Positions 1-14,049 of a stretch of DNA of 64,000 nt are shown here, in pieces. The stretch is taken from positions 1,550,001-1,614,000 of the forward strand of contig JAYWIR010000019.1 in NCBI GenBank assembly GCA_036172245.1. The letters are read 5' to 3'. The notes under the pieces are model-generated. The model did no database searches. It was not told the DNA's origin and worked only from the letters and a program-made list of their open reading frames with translations. A program made the position numbers and the translations under genes. Each line of letters starts with the position of its first letter. The stretch's first letter is position 1. Source of the DNA: Raillietiella orientalis. Its lineage: Eukaryota.

Positions 1-957
1 ACCTTGGAAGATGTGGCAGAACAACAATCTCAGAATAGCACAGTTCATCCTAAGTGTTCTTCTGGCATTAATTCCCCTGTTGCTCAATTAGTCACCGAGT
101 TGGCTGAAAACCTTAGATTGAAAGGAGTCAAGAAAACTCATCCAGACTCTCAAGATATGCAGTTGAAAACTCCCCATAAGAAAGTGCATGTTCCTGAAAA
201 GCTTAGCAAGGACTTGGAGACACAGGCTATTTGTTTCAAGAATCACTTGCGAAAAACAGAAACGAGGAGCAAAACTGGAAAGTTTCCAGAGATGATTGTT
301 TCAGATAATAAACAAGAAAAGAGACACTCAGGGAGTATTGTCAGCCTACGGAAGATCTGGGAAGATAATGTGAATGCAAGTGTTTGTAAGGAAAACAAGG
401 AGAGCAACCACATAAATGTCATTCAGGAAGTGCAAATTAAAAACGAAACGGAAGGTTTAAACAAAAAATTATGCACTTTGCATGGGAAGGATACGTACGA
501 GAAACCAGTAATTCCTCTGAAACCAAATATTAGCTCCTGCAAATCACAGTCCTTTCAAAATGAAGAAAGTGCATGTGATAAGTACCTTCCTTGTTTATGC
601 GGTTCAACCACCCATGAGATGCAGGAAAAACCCAATGATGTTCAAAGCAAATTAGACTGTGATTATATATTGAGGGAATGTAACGCACTTGAGAAGTATC
701 TGCGAGATTGGTTAACAAACTATTCCAATACTTCCTGCAGTCAGCCAATTGAAAGGATAAACACTTTTTGCACTTCATGTTTACAGTGTATGGACAATAT
801 TCCGGCAAATTTAAAGTTTCATATCCGAGAATATGTAACAAAACTAGAAACCTGTGGTCAAAACATCCAGTTTTCCGGTAGGAACAAAGACTCCCCCATG
901 AGCATTCAAGAGATTCAAAATATCCTCAAAGATCTCAGTAACTACATTCAAAGATGA
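1..957 (+). CDS. Abl: 3' terminal exon (5'-partial) of an Abl-family non-receptor tyrosine kinase, including the C-terminal F-actin-binding domain
   Basis: The frame is open from the window edge to TGA at 955-957. The C-terminus IPANLKFHIREYVTKLE...IQEIQNILKDLSNYIQR* resembles the Abl F-actin-binding domain end (KFAFREAINKLE...VKEISDIVQR*). The kinase exons would lie outside the window. Confidence 0.75.
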   Translation, partial: TLEDVAEQQSQNSTVHPKCSSGINSPVAQLVTELAENLRLKGVKKTHPDSQDMQLKTPHKKVHVPEKLSKDLETQAICFKNHLRKTETRSKTGKFPEMIVSDNKQEKRHSGSIVSLRKIWEDNVNASVCKENKESNHINVIQEVQIKNETEGLNKKLCTLHGKDTYEKPVIPLKPNISSCKSQSFQNEESACDKYLPCLCGSTTHEMQEKPNDVQSKLDCDYILRECNALEKYLRDWLTNYSNTSCSQPIERINTFCTSCLQCMDNIPANLKFHIREYVTKLETCGQNIQFSGRNKDSPMSIQEIQNILKDLSNYIQR

Positions 958-3519
958 TTCAAGTGTAAAGTTGTATTGGATATCTTGTAGTTGTGTAGTC
1001 AATTACAAAGGTTTGTGTATTACCATTCCCCTAACTTCGAAACAGCCCCCACGATTAAGAAAATCTACATTCCTAGTCTGCAAATTATTGTTTGTTATTT
1101 CCATGATCGCATCCGATGCAAGTACATGGTATGAGGACGTGTACGTTGAAAGGAATACATAAATTATCTCACTTCGATTCGGTGTTGTGTTTTGGATGTA
1201 AGGCCGACAGTTCACCCAGCGGGGGGGGGGGGGAGGTTTGCACCCAAGGGGTCACGTGGAGTGCTGTCCGGCCGAGAATGCACACGAACACGCCACGCCC
1301 CGACCTTTCCCACGGAAGTTAACGAATCTGTTGGATGAATAAATTACTTTCGGTCGCAGTCTTTGTGCAAGCCGTGCTTTTGAGAGGAAACGGCCACCAC
1401 AAACACAGGTGTACGGTACACGTGCATGTGTGTGTGTGTGTGTGTGGACGACAGCATTTAAAATTATGCAAGCCGTCTAACGGAATACCTATGCGTGGGA
1501 TCCTATGTTCTCCACGTGATGCAAACGTGACGTAAGCAATACATAATTCCAGTTGTATAATAGGGATACCTTAGGAGGACAGCTCGGGTATGCCTTCATT
1601 CAGGATGTTCACAGCACGCAGCAGCGCCAATATGACCATGTGATCGAAATGTATTTCACAATCACACAAAGATCGAATCGAGGAAAGGATCGCCGCATTT
1701 CGCGTGGTTGCTAAATGCCGTGGTCCCTCCCTGCCTTCCAGCTCCGGTTCCTCCTCCTCTTGGAGACGGCTCCCACTTCGTCCTCGTGGGATGCACGAAG
1801 CAGCCGACGGACGGTCGGATGCTCGTCAAAAGCTCCCCACCACCACTCGTACCTCCTTCAGAGTGTACTTCTATGGCTCCATTCAGACTGTGGAGTGCTC
1901 AGATGTACATCAGGGTCTTTTCGCGTCATCGTCGTCCCTATTTACTCCGCCTGGGGGATCCGCCGCTGACCAACGTACCGTCCTGAGGGTAACACGGGAC
2001 ATGGAAGGTCGCGAGGGACAAGGTCATTTTCGAAAATACCCGATGCTCCTCGTAAATGACCGTGCGTCTTTTCAAGAGGAATGCTCCAATGTTGGTTCTT
2101 GAACCACAAAATAGTCATCATAGGGGTTTCTTATGTACGCATATCTGCATTTCGTTGTTTCACGAGCTGCTAACTGTTGATGGGAAGATTCCTGACAAGT
2201 TATAAATTACTCTCATGCTTTGGTCTCCTAAGTAAAATCCAATATGTTCTTTCATGGGTTTCGTGGGCGGAGAGAGAAGGGGGAGGGAATGAAATCGAAT
2301 CTTTGAAAGTAGTTCGAAAGATGACGAAAAAAAAAAAAAAAGTTCATAATTACGTTTGACGTCAGCCCCTTGCACAACTCTGGCAACTTTGCGTGGTCCT
2401 TCGCCAAGGTACTCCACGCTGATCGCAACCAGCAGGGTCCAGCTGGGAAGAAGGGGATCGGAAACGGCGTGGGGGGGGGGGGACGCGTGGTGGCAACAAG
2501 GGTGAGAAGAATACACGGCGATGTGAAACGCCGACGGTGTGTCAAAAAAAGAAAAAATTTTCTGGCCGTTCAGTTTCCAAAGTCAAGTGTAGAGTGATTT
2601 TCAGAATTTCCCTTGATCACCAATTTCTCATAAAGCCAGGAAAGCTGTGGGCCCTGGAAAAATCAAGACTCCCCTTGAAGGATTACGCCTACCCATCGGA
2701 GGAGGGAACTCCTCGCCTTCCTCTTCCCTTCCAGAATGGAGAGCATTCCATACGGAAAATTCAACGATTCGACGTGCACCTGGTTTTGTCGAACAGGATG
2801 AAACGCGGGGGTGAATTTTAATCATCGGCGTTTCACATGATGGAGGCTCCAAGTTCTCCACGTGCATCGACAGATGAATGTACTTTCGACATCCTAAATT
2901 ACGAGATAGCGATTTTTTGTTTCCGAGAGAAAATATTTGTTTTTCCCATGAGATAATGAGAATGGAGAATTTGAATCCGAACTCGAAACACGTTTTTATT
3001 TAAAAAAAAATAAAAATTAAAAAAAAAGTACAACGGTGCAACTTGTGTTGGATTCCAGCCTTGAAAGCACAAAAAGCGATTCCAAGAGAGTCAACTGTCA
3101 ATGGGGATCAACGAGGATTATTTATTTCCCTTGTGCAACTTTGAGTTTCAAGAAGGGTGCGATATGGGAAAGCACCCGAAAAAGAAAAAAAAGGAAGAAG
3201 CTACAGAACCTTATAATAAGCAGTCAGTGAGAAAGAAAAACTGGTAATAGGAAACTCTTCGCGAACTCTGTACGTAACTTCGTGCAGACTGAAAGTAGAC
3301 TTTTGCCTCCGTTAAAGTCACATTTTTTTAAAAAAGGAAGCTAAATGCGTCAATTTAAATGCATCACGTATTGAATATCGAAATCCAATGCTACAACAGA
3401 GAGTAATCCGACCTTTAATATTTCTACATACTAAAGAGACTTGGTAACCACCAAAATGACGCACGATTGCTGGACGTACACAGTTACGCTAAAGAGTACC
3501 AACTCTCGAATATGAGCCC

Positions 3520-3720
3520 CCTCATGTATGTGTGTGTGTTTATGTATATATATACATACACATGAATATCGATCGACCTCAAATACAGATACCTGTGGTA
3601 TGCATGTATATATATATGTATGTATGTATGTATATATATATGGAAGCATATTCATATGTGAAAGTATATATATATAGGAAATATCTATATCTATATCTAT
3701 AAAGAAGTAAGTAAATGAAC

Positions 3721-3758
<38 letters not shown>

Positions 3759-3830
3759 AATATGTATATATATATGTATATGCTTCCATACCTGCTTCAA
3801 GTAGTTGTGTATGTACATACATACATGTAA
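3520..3830. repeat. TA/TG/TATG/GA low-complexity microsatellite cluster
   Basis: Interleaved (TA)n, (TG)n, (TATG)n, (ATATCT)n and (GA)n tracts are seen directly. Confidence 0.9.
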
Positions 3831-5536
3831 GCATATATTGCATATCTACTTCAAGTTTTGCATGCTGCATCTAAAATAATTGGTGTTATTTACTGCACTG
3901 AAACAATGAACTGAAAGTGGATAAGGAGTACATTCGGGAAAATTCTAATGCATTCTTCCACAAAACGGAAACTGGGTTTTGGTCGTTGACTGAAAGGAAC
4001 ATTCAGACTGTGCCTGAAAATCCAAGATCCTGAACCATGATGCGAGATGCAGGGAATTTCCCAGGCATGAAGAATGCAAGGAAGACTCAGAAGGAGAAGA
4101 AATAAATACCGTGGCAGCTGGGTTAGATACGCAAACAGTAGCTGCACAGGTCAAATGGAACTAGAAGGGTAAGCAAACAGTTTCGAAACCAAATGATTGT
4201 GATGCCCGTCATTCTGATCTCCTTACGATTTCTACAGATGGAGAGGGATGCATGCACACAAGTTGTGTCAAGATTTTTGGATTAAATGACCTAGTAATGC
4301 CCCTGAAACCAGTACATTTTCTTTCGGCGTATCCGCATACTTCTTCACCGCTGAGACGCCATCCCTGCACGATGCAGCCGTGCCGTAGCGGCCACCCCCC
4401 ACCCCCTCTTCCCCCAGGAAAATCCGTGCAGATTACCCCAACCACATAGCGTGCTCACGTCTGAACGCATCCAGCTGCACAGTCACTTTCTGCGTGACTC
4501 CTGTTTCCGACGAACCCACGAGCTTTAGTAGGTCAGCTGCGCTTTTACTTTTCAAGCTCGCGCCCAGATGTCTACCATTTACGACTCCGCGTGAGTTGGA
4601 TCAGCAGCCTCGCAGTTTCTCACATTTTTCAGTATCCCTGTCCACTGGTGAACACGAATTGTGCTGATGGCTACGCATCCCCCGAGTTGCCATTTCGTCA
4701 TCGGAATTTCGGAATGCTTGGCACATGTGCTTGATCCACACACACTGGCTTCAAGCGGGATACCGAAAGCTTGCCATCCCGACACCAACGTTCAGTGGAC
4801 ATGGAATCTTTGTGCACCCTTTAACCACGAGGATGAATCTCCCCCCGAGGAGCTCGCACGGATCCCCCACTGAGCTTCACGCTGACCTAGTTCCTGGGAT
4901 CCGTTCAGCCGGGCCCAGTGACAACTCGACGCGAAGAGATTTGTCGAGCGGGTCGGACCCCAGCGTGCAGAACCTGGAACACCACTGCGTACACGCTGGG
5001 GCCTTCTGCCAGCCGGGGAAAACGACATGGAGATCCCACCGTCAACACGGGAAGAGAAACGCGTTCCACGGCCGGTCCGTGTTCTTCGGTCCGTGTTCCG
5101 ATTTCTTGGCACGCGGCAGCTGCGTTGCTAAGCGACGCAGTTCCTGAAACACGCACGCATCGGTTCGGTAATCCCGAACAGGAGCCACGGAATTCGTAGC
5201 TTCACCTTTTGTGCAACCACACACCTCGTTAACCACCCGTCGGAACCGTTTCCCCTCGTCCAAACCATGTTCTTTCTGGGATTTTCTTATAATTATTGGG
5301 GTACTCTGAAAATTGGGGGGGGGGGTCTCCTTCAGGACGAAGTACGGAAAACCAAAAGAAGCTTCTGATATTTAGTGATAAAAAAGGGGGATCACATTAA
5401 TTGGGAAACTTCTGGGATTCACTGGGGCAACCACCAGCTTCAGTAACAGCCAATTCTTACGAAGCTAAGGAATGCGCTTTCGACCGACCCTTTCATTCTG
5501 CCAATTGAAACAAAATGCCAGAGTAATAGGATAAGT

Positions 5537-8500
5537 TTATTGCTTAATTACTTCATTAGCTACAACACTCGGGTTATTGATCACTTCTCCAAGCATTTCT
5601 AGCAATTCCATTCGGTAGTCATCGAAATCTCCATCAATTTCGTTTATGGTTTGGTTCTCAATCACCCACAACTGGCAACTCGTTTCCCTGATCAGGCGTT
5701 CATCGTGGGACACAATAATGACACCTACAAAAACCAAGCCACGAAGATCATGACGTGAATCGTGACCTTCACCCCATACCTCCTTCAAACTCGTTGATGG
5801 CTTCACACAGCGCATCGATTGATTCAATATCCAGATTGTTCGTGGGTTCATCCTACGATTATGGGAGAAAGACGGAGGGCTGGATCGGAGACTACCCCCC
5901 GAGCTCTTACCAGAATCAGAACATCAGGAGCCATCAAGCAAAGCTCTGTCAAGGCTACACGAGCCTTTTGTCCTCCAGATAGATCCTTGTTTTTTATCGT
6001 GTGCGCATATCCTGGAAGGCCAAAGGTGCCTAGATGCTTGCGGGTTTTCTCGTACGGGAGATCGAAGAGCCTCATCAGGTATTCCGTGGGTGTTTCCTCG
6101 GCAGTCAGATGCTCTCCACTGTGTTGATCAAAGTAGCCGATTCTCTGTCATGGCACTTGTTCAAGCATGCAAAGGGTGGTGGCAATTCTACCAACCAGCC
6201 TATGGTTTTTCCTGACTTCTCCTTTCTGTGGAGTCAAAGTATTGCATAGCAGTTTCAAAAATGTCGACTTCCCCACGCCATTGGGGCCAACGATTGTGAC
6301 CCTCGAGTTCATGTCGATGCCAAAGTCCAGCTTCTTGAAGAGAGGTTTCTGATTTTCGAATGCGAAGGTGATATCTGGACGAGAGCGGCGGCTACACGAC
6401 ACCGAGCAACGTGGAATTTAAATTACCATATGCCCCCAAGATGGGAGGCTGTAACGCTGAAGGATTCGGAAACCGAAATTTCACCACATACTCCCTAGGC
6501 TTCTGGATCAACTCCACTGCATTCTCATTGCTTTCCTGAAGGGCGTGACTCTTGTGCTTCTCTTTTTTCGTCAGAAATTCTTTTTGCTTGCTTTCCTGCG
6601 GAAAAATACAAAAAAACCACTCGTGGTTTACCGAGCTTACGGCTTGCTTCGACGATTTTCCAGAAAGTTTCAGTTCTTTGAGGCGTTTTTCTTGCTTCTC
6701 ATACTCCTTGAGCAGTTCTTTACGTTTTTGAATGTACATTTTTTTAAATGACGAATAATTGCCTTTATAATAATTTAATTTGCAATTGTCTAGATGAATA
6801 ATGTCTGTGCACACATTATCTAAAAAGCTCTGATCGTGAGAGACAATAAGAAGAGTTTTTTTCCATCCTTGCAAATAGCTACAAAGTACTAATCTTTATA
6901 TTAATATACAAATACCTACTTATCCAGCCAAATGACTGCATTCAGATCTAAATGATTTGTTGGTTCATCCAATAAGAGGAGGGTTGGTTCTAAAAACAGG
7001 GCTCGTGCTAATGACACTCGCATTCGCCAACCCCCTGAAAAACTTTTTGTAGAGCGATCTTGCATAGAGGGGCTGAATCCTAGACCAGCCAGAATACGCC
7101 TTGCACGTGCAATAGCTGAATCAGCACCAATGATCCGCCATTTATCATATAACTAAAACCAAGATATTGTGAATGTTTAAGTGCAGACAACCTGTTGCAA
7201 TCGGTCAGTACATTCTAAATTGCCCTGTTCTTGCTGAAGTTCAAGTTCAGAAATTTCTTGCTGCAATTCCTGTCTCTGTTTGTCTGCATCCAAGACCACA
7301 TTGATGGCTGATTTTTCTTCAGCCAATACCTCTTGCTCACAATAAAGAACATCAATATTTGCAGGAATGTTCAACAACCTGCATGCAATATGCCGGAGCA
7401 GTGTTGTTTTCCCATGGCTAGACAAAATATACAAGTCTACGTAATTCTTTTTTTTTTTTTTACCAACCCATTAGGACCAACTAAGCCATATCTACGGCCA
7501 TTTGCTATTAATAAACTAGAATTTACAAACAAACTTTTCCCTTTGGCAGAAATTGAAAAATTATCAACTTTGATATCAACAGCAGTATCCAACTGTGCCA
7601 ACTGATTGGCAGATTTACTTTCTTGAGATACTGTGAAGTTGTCTGTCAGTTCACTATGACCTTGACCCCCTTTCTTGAAAAGAATTTCCATTTGTCTCTC
7701 ATATTCATGCTGATTGCAATAAAATTACAATAGATATTACAAACAAGTGTTCCAACCTGTTTCTTGAGTTTTTTTTTTGCCTTATGAGTTACAGCTTCCT
7801 TGGCTTCAAGACGTTTATCTAAAATCGGAAAAAACAAGTTATCATTCTTGACAGCCTTTAGGATCAAAAAATCGTGTTACACATAATGTACAAAAGCATC
7901 GTAAAAATTACACCAAATTTCATGTGTTCCATGTAGGAATGCATTCAAATATTGTTCAGCAGCAGCCAAGGCCCAAAATATTAATTTCATCAATACTTCC
8001 TACAGGTCAAACAGTTTAACAGGCTAAAGGCAGCCTTGAATTCAACCACTTTTTCTTGTTCTCGTGCTTACTTTTCCCATGATTTGGCCACTAAGTGTTT
8101 TTGTCTATGCTTCATTTCCTTTTTACAAACCAGCATTGCTTTCTGAGCTGCCTGAGGTGTTCAATACAGCACATTTTATACAAATACACAATTTCTGTAA
8201 AGGCCATGTCATCTACAGTACTTTACACTGAGAAATCTGCTATCCAAATTTGTCTTGCAAAACATTTGACTAAGAAACAGGTAATAAAATGCTTAATAAT
8301 GATAATTGTAATAATAAACCCTGATAAAAATCTTTCAATATGTGCTGAAAATTCATCACAATGCATTACACACAAGAAATTCTTACACTGGACAGGGGTT
8401 TATTTGCTACTACAACATCAACTGTTGCTGACAAGTACCACTGAAAGTCCACCTCAAGGTGTTTCCATTTATGTGAAATCCCTACCAAGAAACCTGAGCC

Positions 8501-10194
8501 ATCAGAAAATCAATAGAAACTAATACAAAATTGTTTTGAGTGAATGCTGATCACCACACAAAACCAAATTTACAATTCAAGAACAGATTACTTTACTTTC
8601 TAGGACTATATTTTTTATTTTCCTGATTAGAGTCTTACTAACTGGAATAGTTCAAAGAAAGTCCTTCAGCAGTGCTTAAAAGCTAACATTTTATTTTCAT
8701 CTCATTCGGGTTCCAAAAATTTTTCAAAAAGATGCATTCAGCTTTGGTTCAACAAAGTCCTATTTAAGTGCCCTTCAATAGATTTATCACAACAAAAAAA
8801 AACACAGGAGCAGGATTTTCCCTATTGCCGTACATTGACTTGAATGAAGCAGAGATTTATCACTTTACTGAAATAATTCAAAACTGTATACTTCTTCATT
8901 CATCTCAATACTTTATAGATCCAAGCAGACAAAAAAACCTCACTAGCATTTAATCATGTTGAGTTTTATAAGAAAAAATAGAGCACTCACTTGCAAGTCT
9001 GTTACACACAAATTCCCTATAATTGCTTTCTGCATCGATCTCTTTAATTCACACTTATCTACATAGAAATCCTATTTACTCTCATTTCCTTAATGCCACA
9101 CTTTTTGCTTTCACAACATTGCAGAATTATGAAACCTAAAACTAAGTTACAAGACTGAAAACTGGATGCTTTTTCAGCCCATTGAAGTAATATCAAATTG
9201 TTAATCACGAAGTCTTATATGCTTAAAAAATATTTCCTACAAATCCAAATGAAAAATGGAGACCAGAAGATCAAAGCCTCAGACTGGAAGTCCATAAAGT
9301 CATACTACAAAGAATGAATTTATTTATTTTTTTTTGCATATTTTGATTAATGTAATATAAAGCTGCTAAAGATTCCCAAAACAACAGCTCTGATCTTCCC
9401 ACCTAATTAAATACATGGCAAAATATTGTTAATCCTTTTCATCTAGTTCTTTTCTATTAACCTAAAGCAAAGTATAAATATGCCTTTATTGACTTCATTT
9501 TGCATCCCCATCTACTTGTAGCTCTATTTGATTCTGATAATTAATATTTTGTTTCATTAACTTTAGATATTTCATTTTGTTTTGAAACAGTGATCACCCA
9601 TATATGTTTACTTATAAAACTCAGCTATTCATCCAATGAAAGTCATTTTCAAAGCACCTAATTCATTAAAGACTGCAACTGTAATGTCTACTTATTACTA
9701 TCAGAACCAAATGAAACAAACAGAATATGGCAAATAAATTGCACTGTGCGTTTTGCAAATGATTTTTTGCAGCGTTATGTAAATTTTCAAAATATTCTAA
9801 TACTTTTAGAAAAACTTAATTCTAGCAGCTGTTTTATGCTGCATGTTCTTCAATCAGGACTCATTCAAAAGCTGGACTGCTGAACCATGGATTTCAAAAT
9901 AAATAATTTGCATTCGTCTCATTAATCAAATAGTTTGGAATTTAATTTTCTTCAACAAGTGTTAAAGATCTACCCATTTGAAATAATCGCTTTACTGATC
10001 AAAACATGAGGAATAATAATTAAAAAAACCTTGTTATAATTGTAATTTATTTGTTGACCGGCGATACCTTGCTCGATTTTTTGTAATCCATTTTCATGCT
10101 GCAGGGATTCATTTTCTTTTACATGTTCCACAGCTTCCTCTTTTGGACTTGGACTTTTTGATTCAACAACATTTTTTTTACTTTTTTTCGGCAT
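5537..10194 (-). CDS. ABCF1: ABC-F family ATPase ABCF1 (ABC50), 11 coding exons, ~656 aa
   Basis: complement(join(5537..5724,5780..5852,5911..6144,6196..6374,6427..6595,6641..6878,6920..7152,7192..7417,7468..7709,7757..7818,10068..10194)). All introns are GT-AG and phases are consistent (1971 nt). NBD1 has GPNGHGKT / [16 protein letters not shown] / [14 protein letters not shown]2 has GPNGVGKS / LSGGQKARV / [11 protein letters not shown]. No transmembrane domain. Exon 1 is the least certain part but is phase-compatible. Confidence 0.93.
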
Positions 10195-12029
10195 CGTACA
10201 AAACCAAGTTCTTCAAGTAGTAGCTGACAATTTTTCAATTAACAATAACTGTCGTCGTAAAAAAAGAAATCCTATTAGCAAGCGAACATAAAAAAAAAAA
10301 AAAAAGAATCACGCAAATAACAGTCGGTTACTAATCACGTATGTTTGCATAAAATAGGCATGCAAATGACACACTTTACAAAATCCATATTTAATTATCA
10401 TAAAACTGAAATGCAACCCAATTCCACAAGTTTACGAGTCAGGAATTCTGGGGGCATGCCGATAAGCGATTTCATTGTACACACGAGCCTCTACTACTCA
10501 AATCTAAGAACAGGTACTCATTATGCAACTGGAGTTCATTTTGGTCTGGAGTTCATTCGGTTCATTTTATCCCACGTGCCACAATGGCGCACGCAAACAC
10601 ACATCCTGCGCTTCAAAATTACTAGCAAAGAAGGCTCGAGTAGTGCATGCTTATGACAAAAAAGCCATTCGGACGACATGACCGGGGGCTTACGAACTAC
10701 GAACTCTGCATGAAAAGGACCATGCAGACCATCTTTCGTCTCTTACTAATGCATCTCTTTTGGGGGGTTGTACGACCGAGGAATCACACCAACGCATGCT
10801 TCACTAGGAGCTGGGCACGCTGCAAGTTCTCGCCAGGCAAGCAGTGTTCTCAGAATTCCCCACGTGTTACGAAATTCTAACGAAAACCGACAGACTTCGG
10901 GTGGAAAGAACGACCGTTCCGATTAAGAAACGAGGTATCTGTTTCAAACTTTTGCCTTTCTTTGTTTGTTCGCTTTTTTGCTGTGACAAATTATGGCTCA
11001 ACCTGTAGAGGGAAAAGACTTGGATTGAAAAGTGACATTCAAAAAGAAAGAAACTGAAAATGTAAAACAATAGTGACGACAAAACCTCTGTTCGTGACTT
11101 CTTGGAAGAAGAAAAAAAAAAAAAATTCTTCAAGGAAGTATCCCACAGATAATAGGAATGAAACTTATGTGCGTCAACTGTTCCTAAGAACTGATTTTAA
11201 AAATAGTCAATTAAACTGCCATTTTAGTAAAGGGAACTGCTGCATTTCAAATGCAGTTTTTATTTCAAATTCTGTGGAATTCGGAAGTAACATTTACTAC
11301 ACACTACATCAGTATAACCATAATTTGAGTTTATCATGCATATCATACATTTCTTTACTTTTTTTGCTTAAAGTTTCTTTTTCACAAACACACAACAGTT
11401 CTTTCCATTGCACGTCAGTGTCTTGCTATCACTTCATCTCAATATTACTATAAAAATGCATTTTTGATATTTTTACATGTGGTCACCTTGCTCAACTTTT
11501 GAATCAAAGTCGGAAAATAAACAGTCTTCACTGAATTGAGTTCTTCTTCACGGAAGACCTGAGCGTATAGTACTCATGTTCTTATTAGCATGCAGCTAAT
11601 GTATTACTGGCTTTATGGAGTACCCTACTCATTTGATACGGTGTATTATGAAGTGGGTAAAAACAAGTGCATTCACATAGATCAAGAATGCATTTTGGAT
11701 TATATTTCCATTTACAGAAAAGCACGGTGACTTTTTATTTTTCATTTTTATCATTGAAATGCAAGCATGAACATTGCTTCAGTACATACACTGGTACTTT
11801 GAGACGATCGGAAAGATTGAATTCGATTTTCGAGAAATTCTAGCTTCTTCAATGATGCACAGCATGAGTCTTCCTTCATCGATAGGAGGGAGATCATTGA
11901 ATTCATTGATACAGTAATCTTTCCCATATCTTCTGGAGTCACTTGGTATGTCTTTATGACTTTCCCTTAATATCTGTTGCAACCTTTGCTCAAATTTTTT
12001 CTTTTGTGTATTGCTTTCGTAACATGATT

Positions 12030-12235
12030 CGCCCAATGACGTTGAGGGAACTGATCGCTGTTATCTTTCCCCACGGAATCGATGTTTCGCTCAATTTGTA
12101 AACATATCAGCCCATGCAGCTTATTTTTTCCCAGCAGCTACGGTTCGACGGAAAAAAGTAATCGGCCTCCAATATCAACTGGAAGTACAAAAGTGTATGC
12201 AATTTACACAGATAAATTCGGGCCATTCTCTACTG
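12030..12235 (-). mobile_element. Possible decayed hAT transposase C-terminal (dimerisation domain) fragment
   Basis: One frame reads GPNLSV*IAYTFVLPVDIGGRLLFS...KLHGLICLQIERNI. This resembles the hAT motif PN..L.I..TLPV..A..ERSFS...RL.GLA.L.IE. It has in-frame stops and was recognised by eye only. Confidence 0.35.
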
Positions 12236-14049
12236 AAAAGTTGACGGGAAGGAGGAAGCGGTTCCTGTCGAACGCCAATGAGAAAGCCGTAAGCGAAAAC
12301 AAGTCAAGTTAAATTGACGTTTAAGTCAACACAGACGTAATATTGTCATCATAAACAAGAAAAAAAAAATGACAGTTTATATTCACGATACGCATGTACT
12401 CATACATTTTTCTGTTTCGCCATATGCTTGGATTTCACACATGGATACACCGTAACGGCTTCACGGAGATGGCGACACACCGTTGGTATCGTTTCCTAAT
12501 GTTTCATAATTTGTCACTGCCAGATTACACGTAACGGTGATAAACAAAACTCCAAGCAGATATCGATTTTTTTTTTTTTTTTTTTCTCTCTTCCGAGTTA
12601 CAGAAGGGCACTAATTTTCGTAAACTAAAACAAGGAATAACCTTCCGGGCTCCGTCTCTCGGAGCGTACGCGCAAGGAGCGTGGAGGAATCGCTGCTGAA
12701 ACGACTTTGCGAACGGCGGTGACAATTTCCAAGGCAGCTAATTTACGAGCGGCGGTGGATGTTTCCGAAATCTTGTCCCGATGAATAATGAATCAAAAGT
12801 CGATCAAAGTCTTTCTTCCTTTTCCCTCCGAGCGGGCGGATGGCCTAAGAAAGCTGCGTCACAAGAAGGTTGCCAAGAAACCAAGAAGATCGGAGTCCGG
12901 GTCCTGGTCCGGGGGCGCGCAAACGCACCCGAAGATGCGAATGCTAGGACACGAGGACCGAATGTGGGGAGGTCTGGCAGGTCAATCATGTCAAAGGGAA
13001 CCAAACAGTCTGGAACAATAAATCTCTACAGCTTGTTCGGTGCATTATTCTAAGTAGCATTGCACTCCATTCCACGTTCGGAAGAAGAAGAAGAAGAAAA
13101 AAAAATTTGCGTTGTTAGCTGAGGAGGGGAAAGGACAAAACGAAGGTTTCAGTCGGCGTGTTCTCTGGGGGGGGGGGGGGGGGAAGGGAACCTTCATTAG
13201 AAGAGCAGAAAGCAAGGAAAATACAAAGAGTAGGAACGAAACGAAAGTAGTATTTTTATGATGGGGGATTTACTCTTCGTCGAAGGGGCTTCTTTCCCGA
13301 GCAGTTCCCTGGGTCTCGCTTAGACGGGCTGAGTGCAAATTCACAGCGTGCGAGCCCGCACAGCGTCGGTGAAAGCAGGAGAGGATGATTCCTCCGCTAA
13401 ATAAACGGAAACGAGATGCAAGGGAGGAAAGAATTCGCGGATACGTCGATCTTCGCCAAGTGCTTTTAGCTGCTCTGATGGAGCAGCTTACCGATCTGCC
13501 CTCGAAACGAACGTCGGCGCTAAAGGAAAAAAAAAAAAAAGGAATGGAACTCTCTGCAAACTTCCTCGGTTCGGTCGAAGCAGAAATCAGCACCGGCAGA
13601 ACCCTCTGATGATGAGACGTGGGAGCGGCGGTGGTCACTCTGCCCCGCCTGAATGCGGCATCCTCTCAGCCTGACCAAACTGGCAGGGATCGCTCGCTGC
13701 AGGAATCGTCGGCTCGTCGTCATTGCAGTTCGCACGATGACTGAAAGCAAAAGAAATTCTGGTGGTTCGCATGCGATGCCAAGGCGTGTCAAAAGGGGAA
13801 CGAAAGGAATCGCACGTCTGCATACATTTCATTTATTTGTTTGTCTGCTCCTCGACACTGCACAATTCACTTTTGCGAACTGCGGCAAAGGAACGAGGTG
13901 CTCCGCTTTCCATCCGACGGATTTCGTGGAAGCTGTAGGGACCGTGCTCGTCTTGCACAAGCAGGGCATAACGAATGAAAGCTCGGAAATCTAAAAAGGA
14001 GGAACTGAATCGTGGAAGGCAGCAGCCGTCGCATTTTTCAACGGCTCTT

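Noticed and set aside
8230..8360. Possible C/D snoRNA in ABCF1 intron 1 (GTGATGA on -)
   Set aside because: There is no D box (CTGA) at a suitable distance downstream on the same strand.
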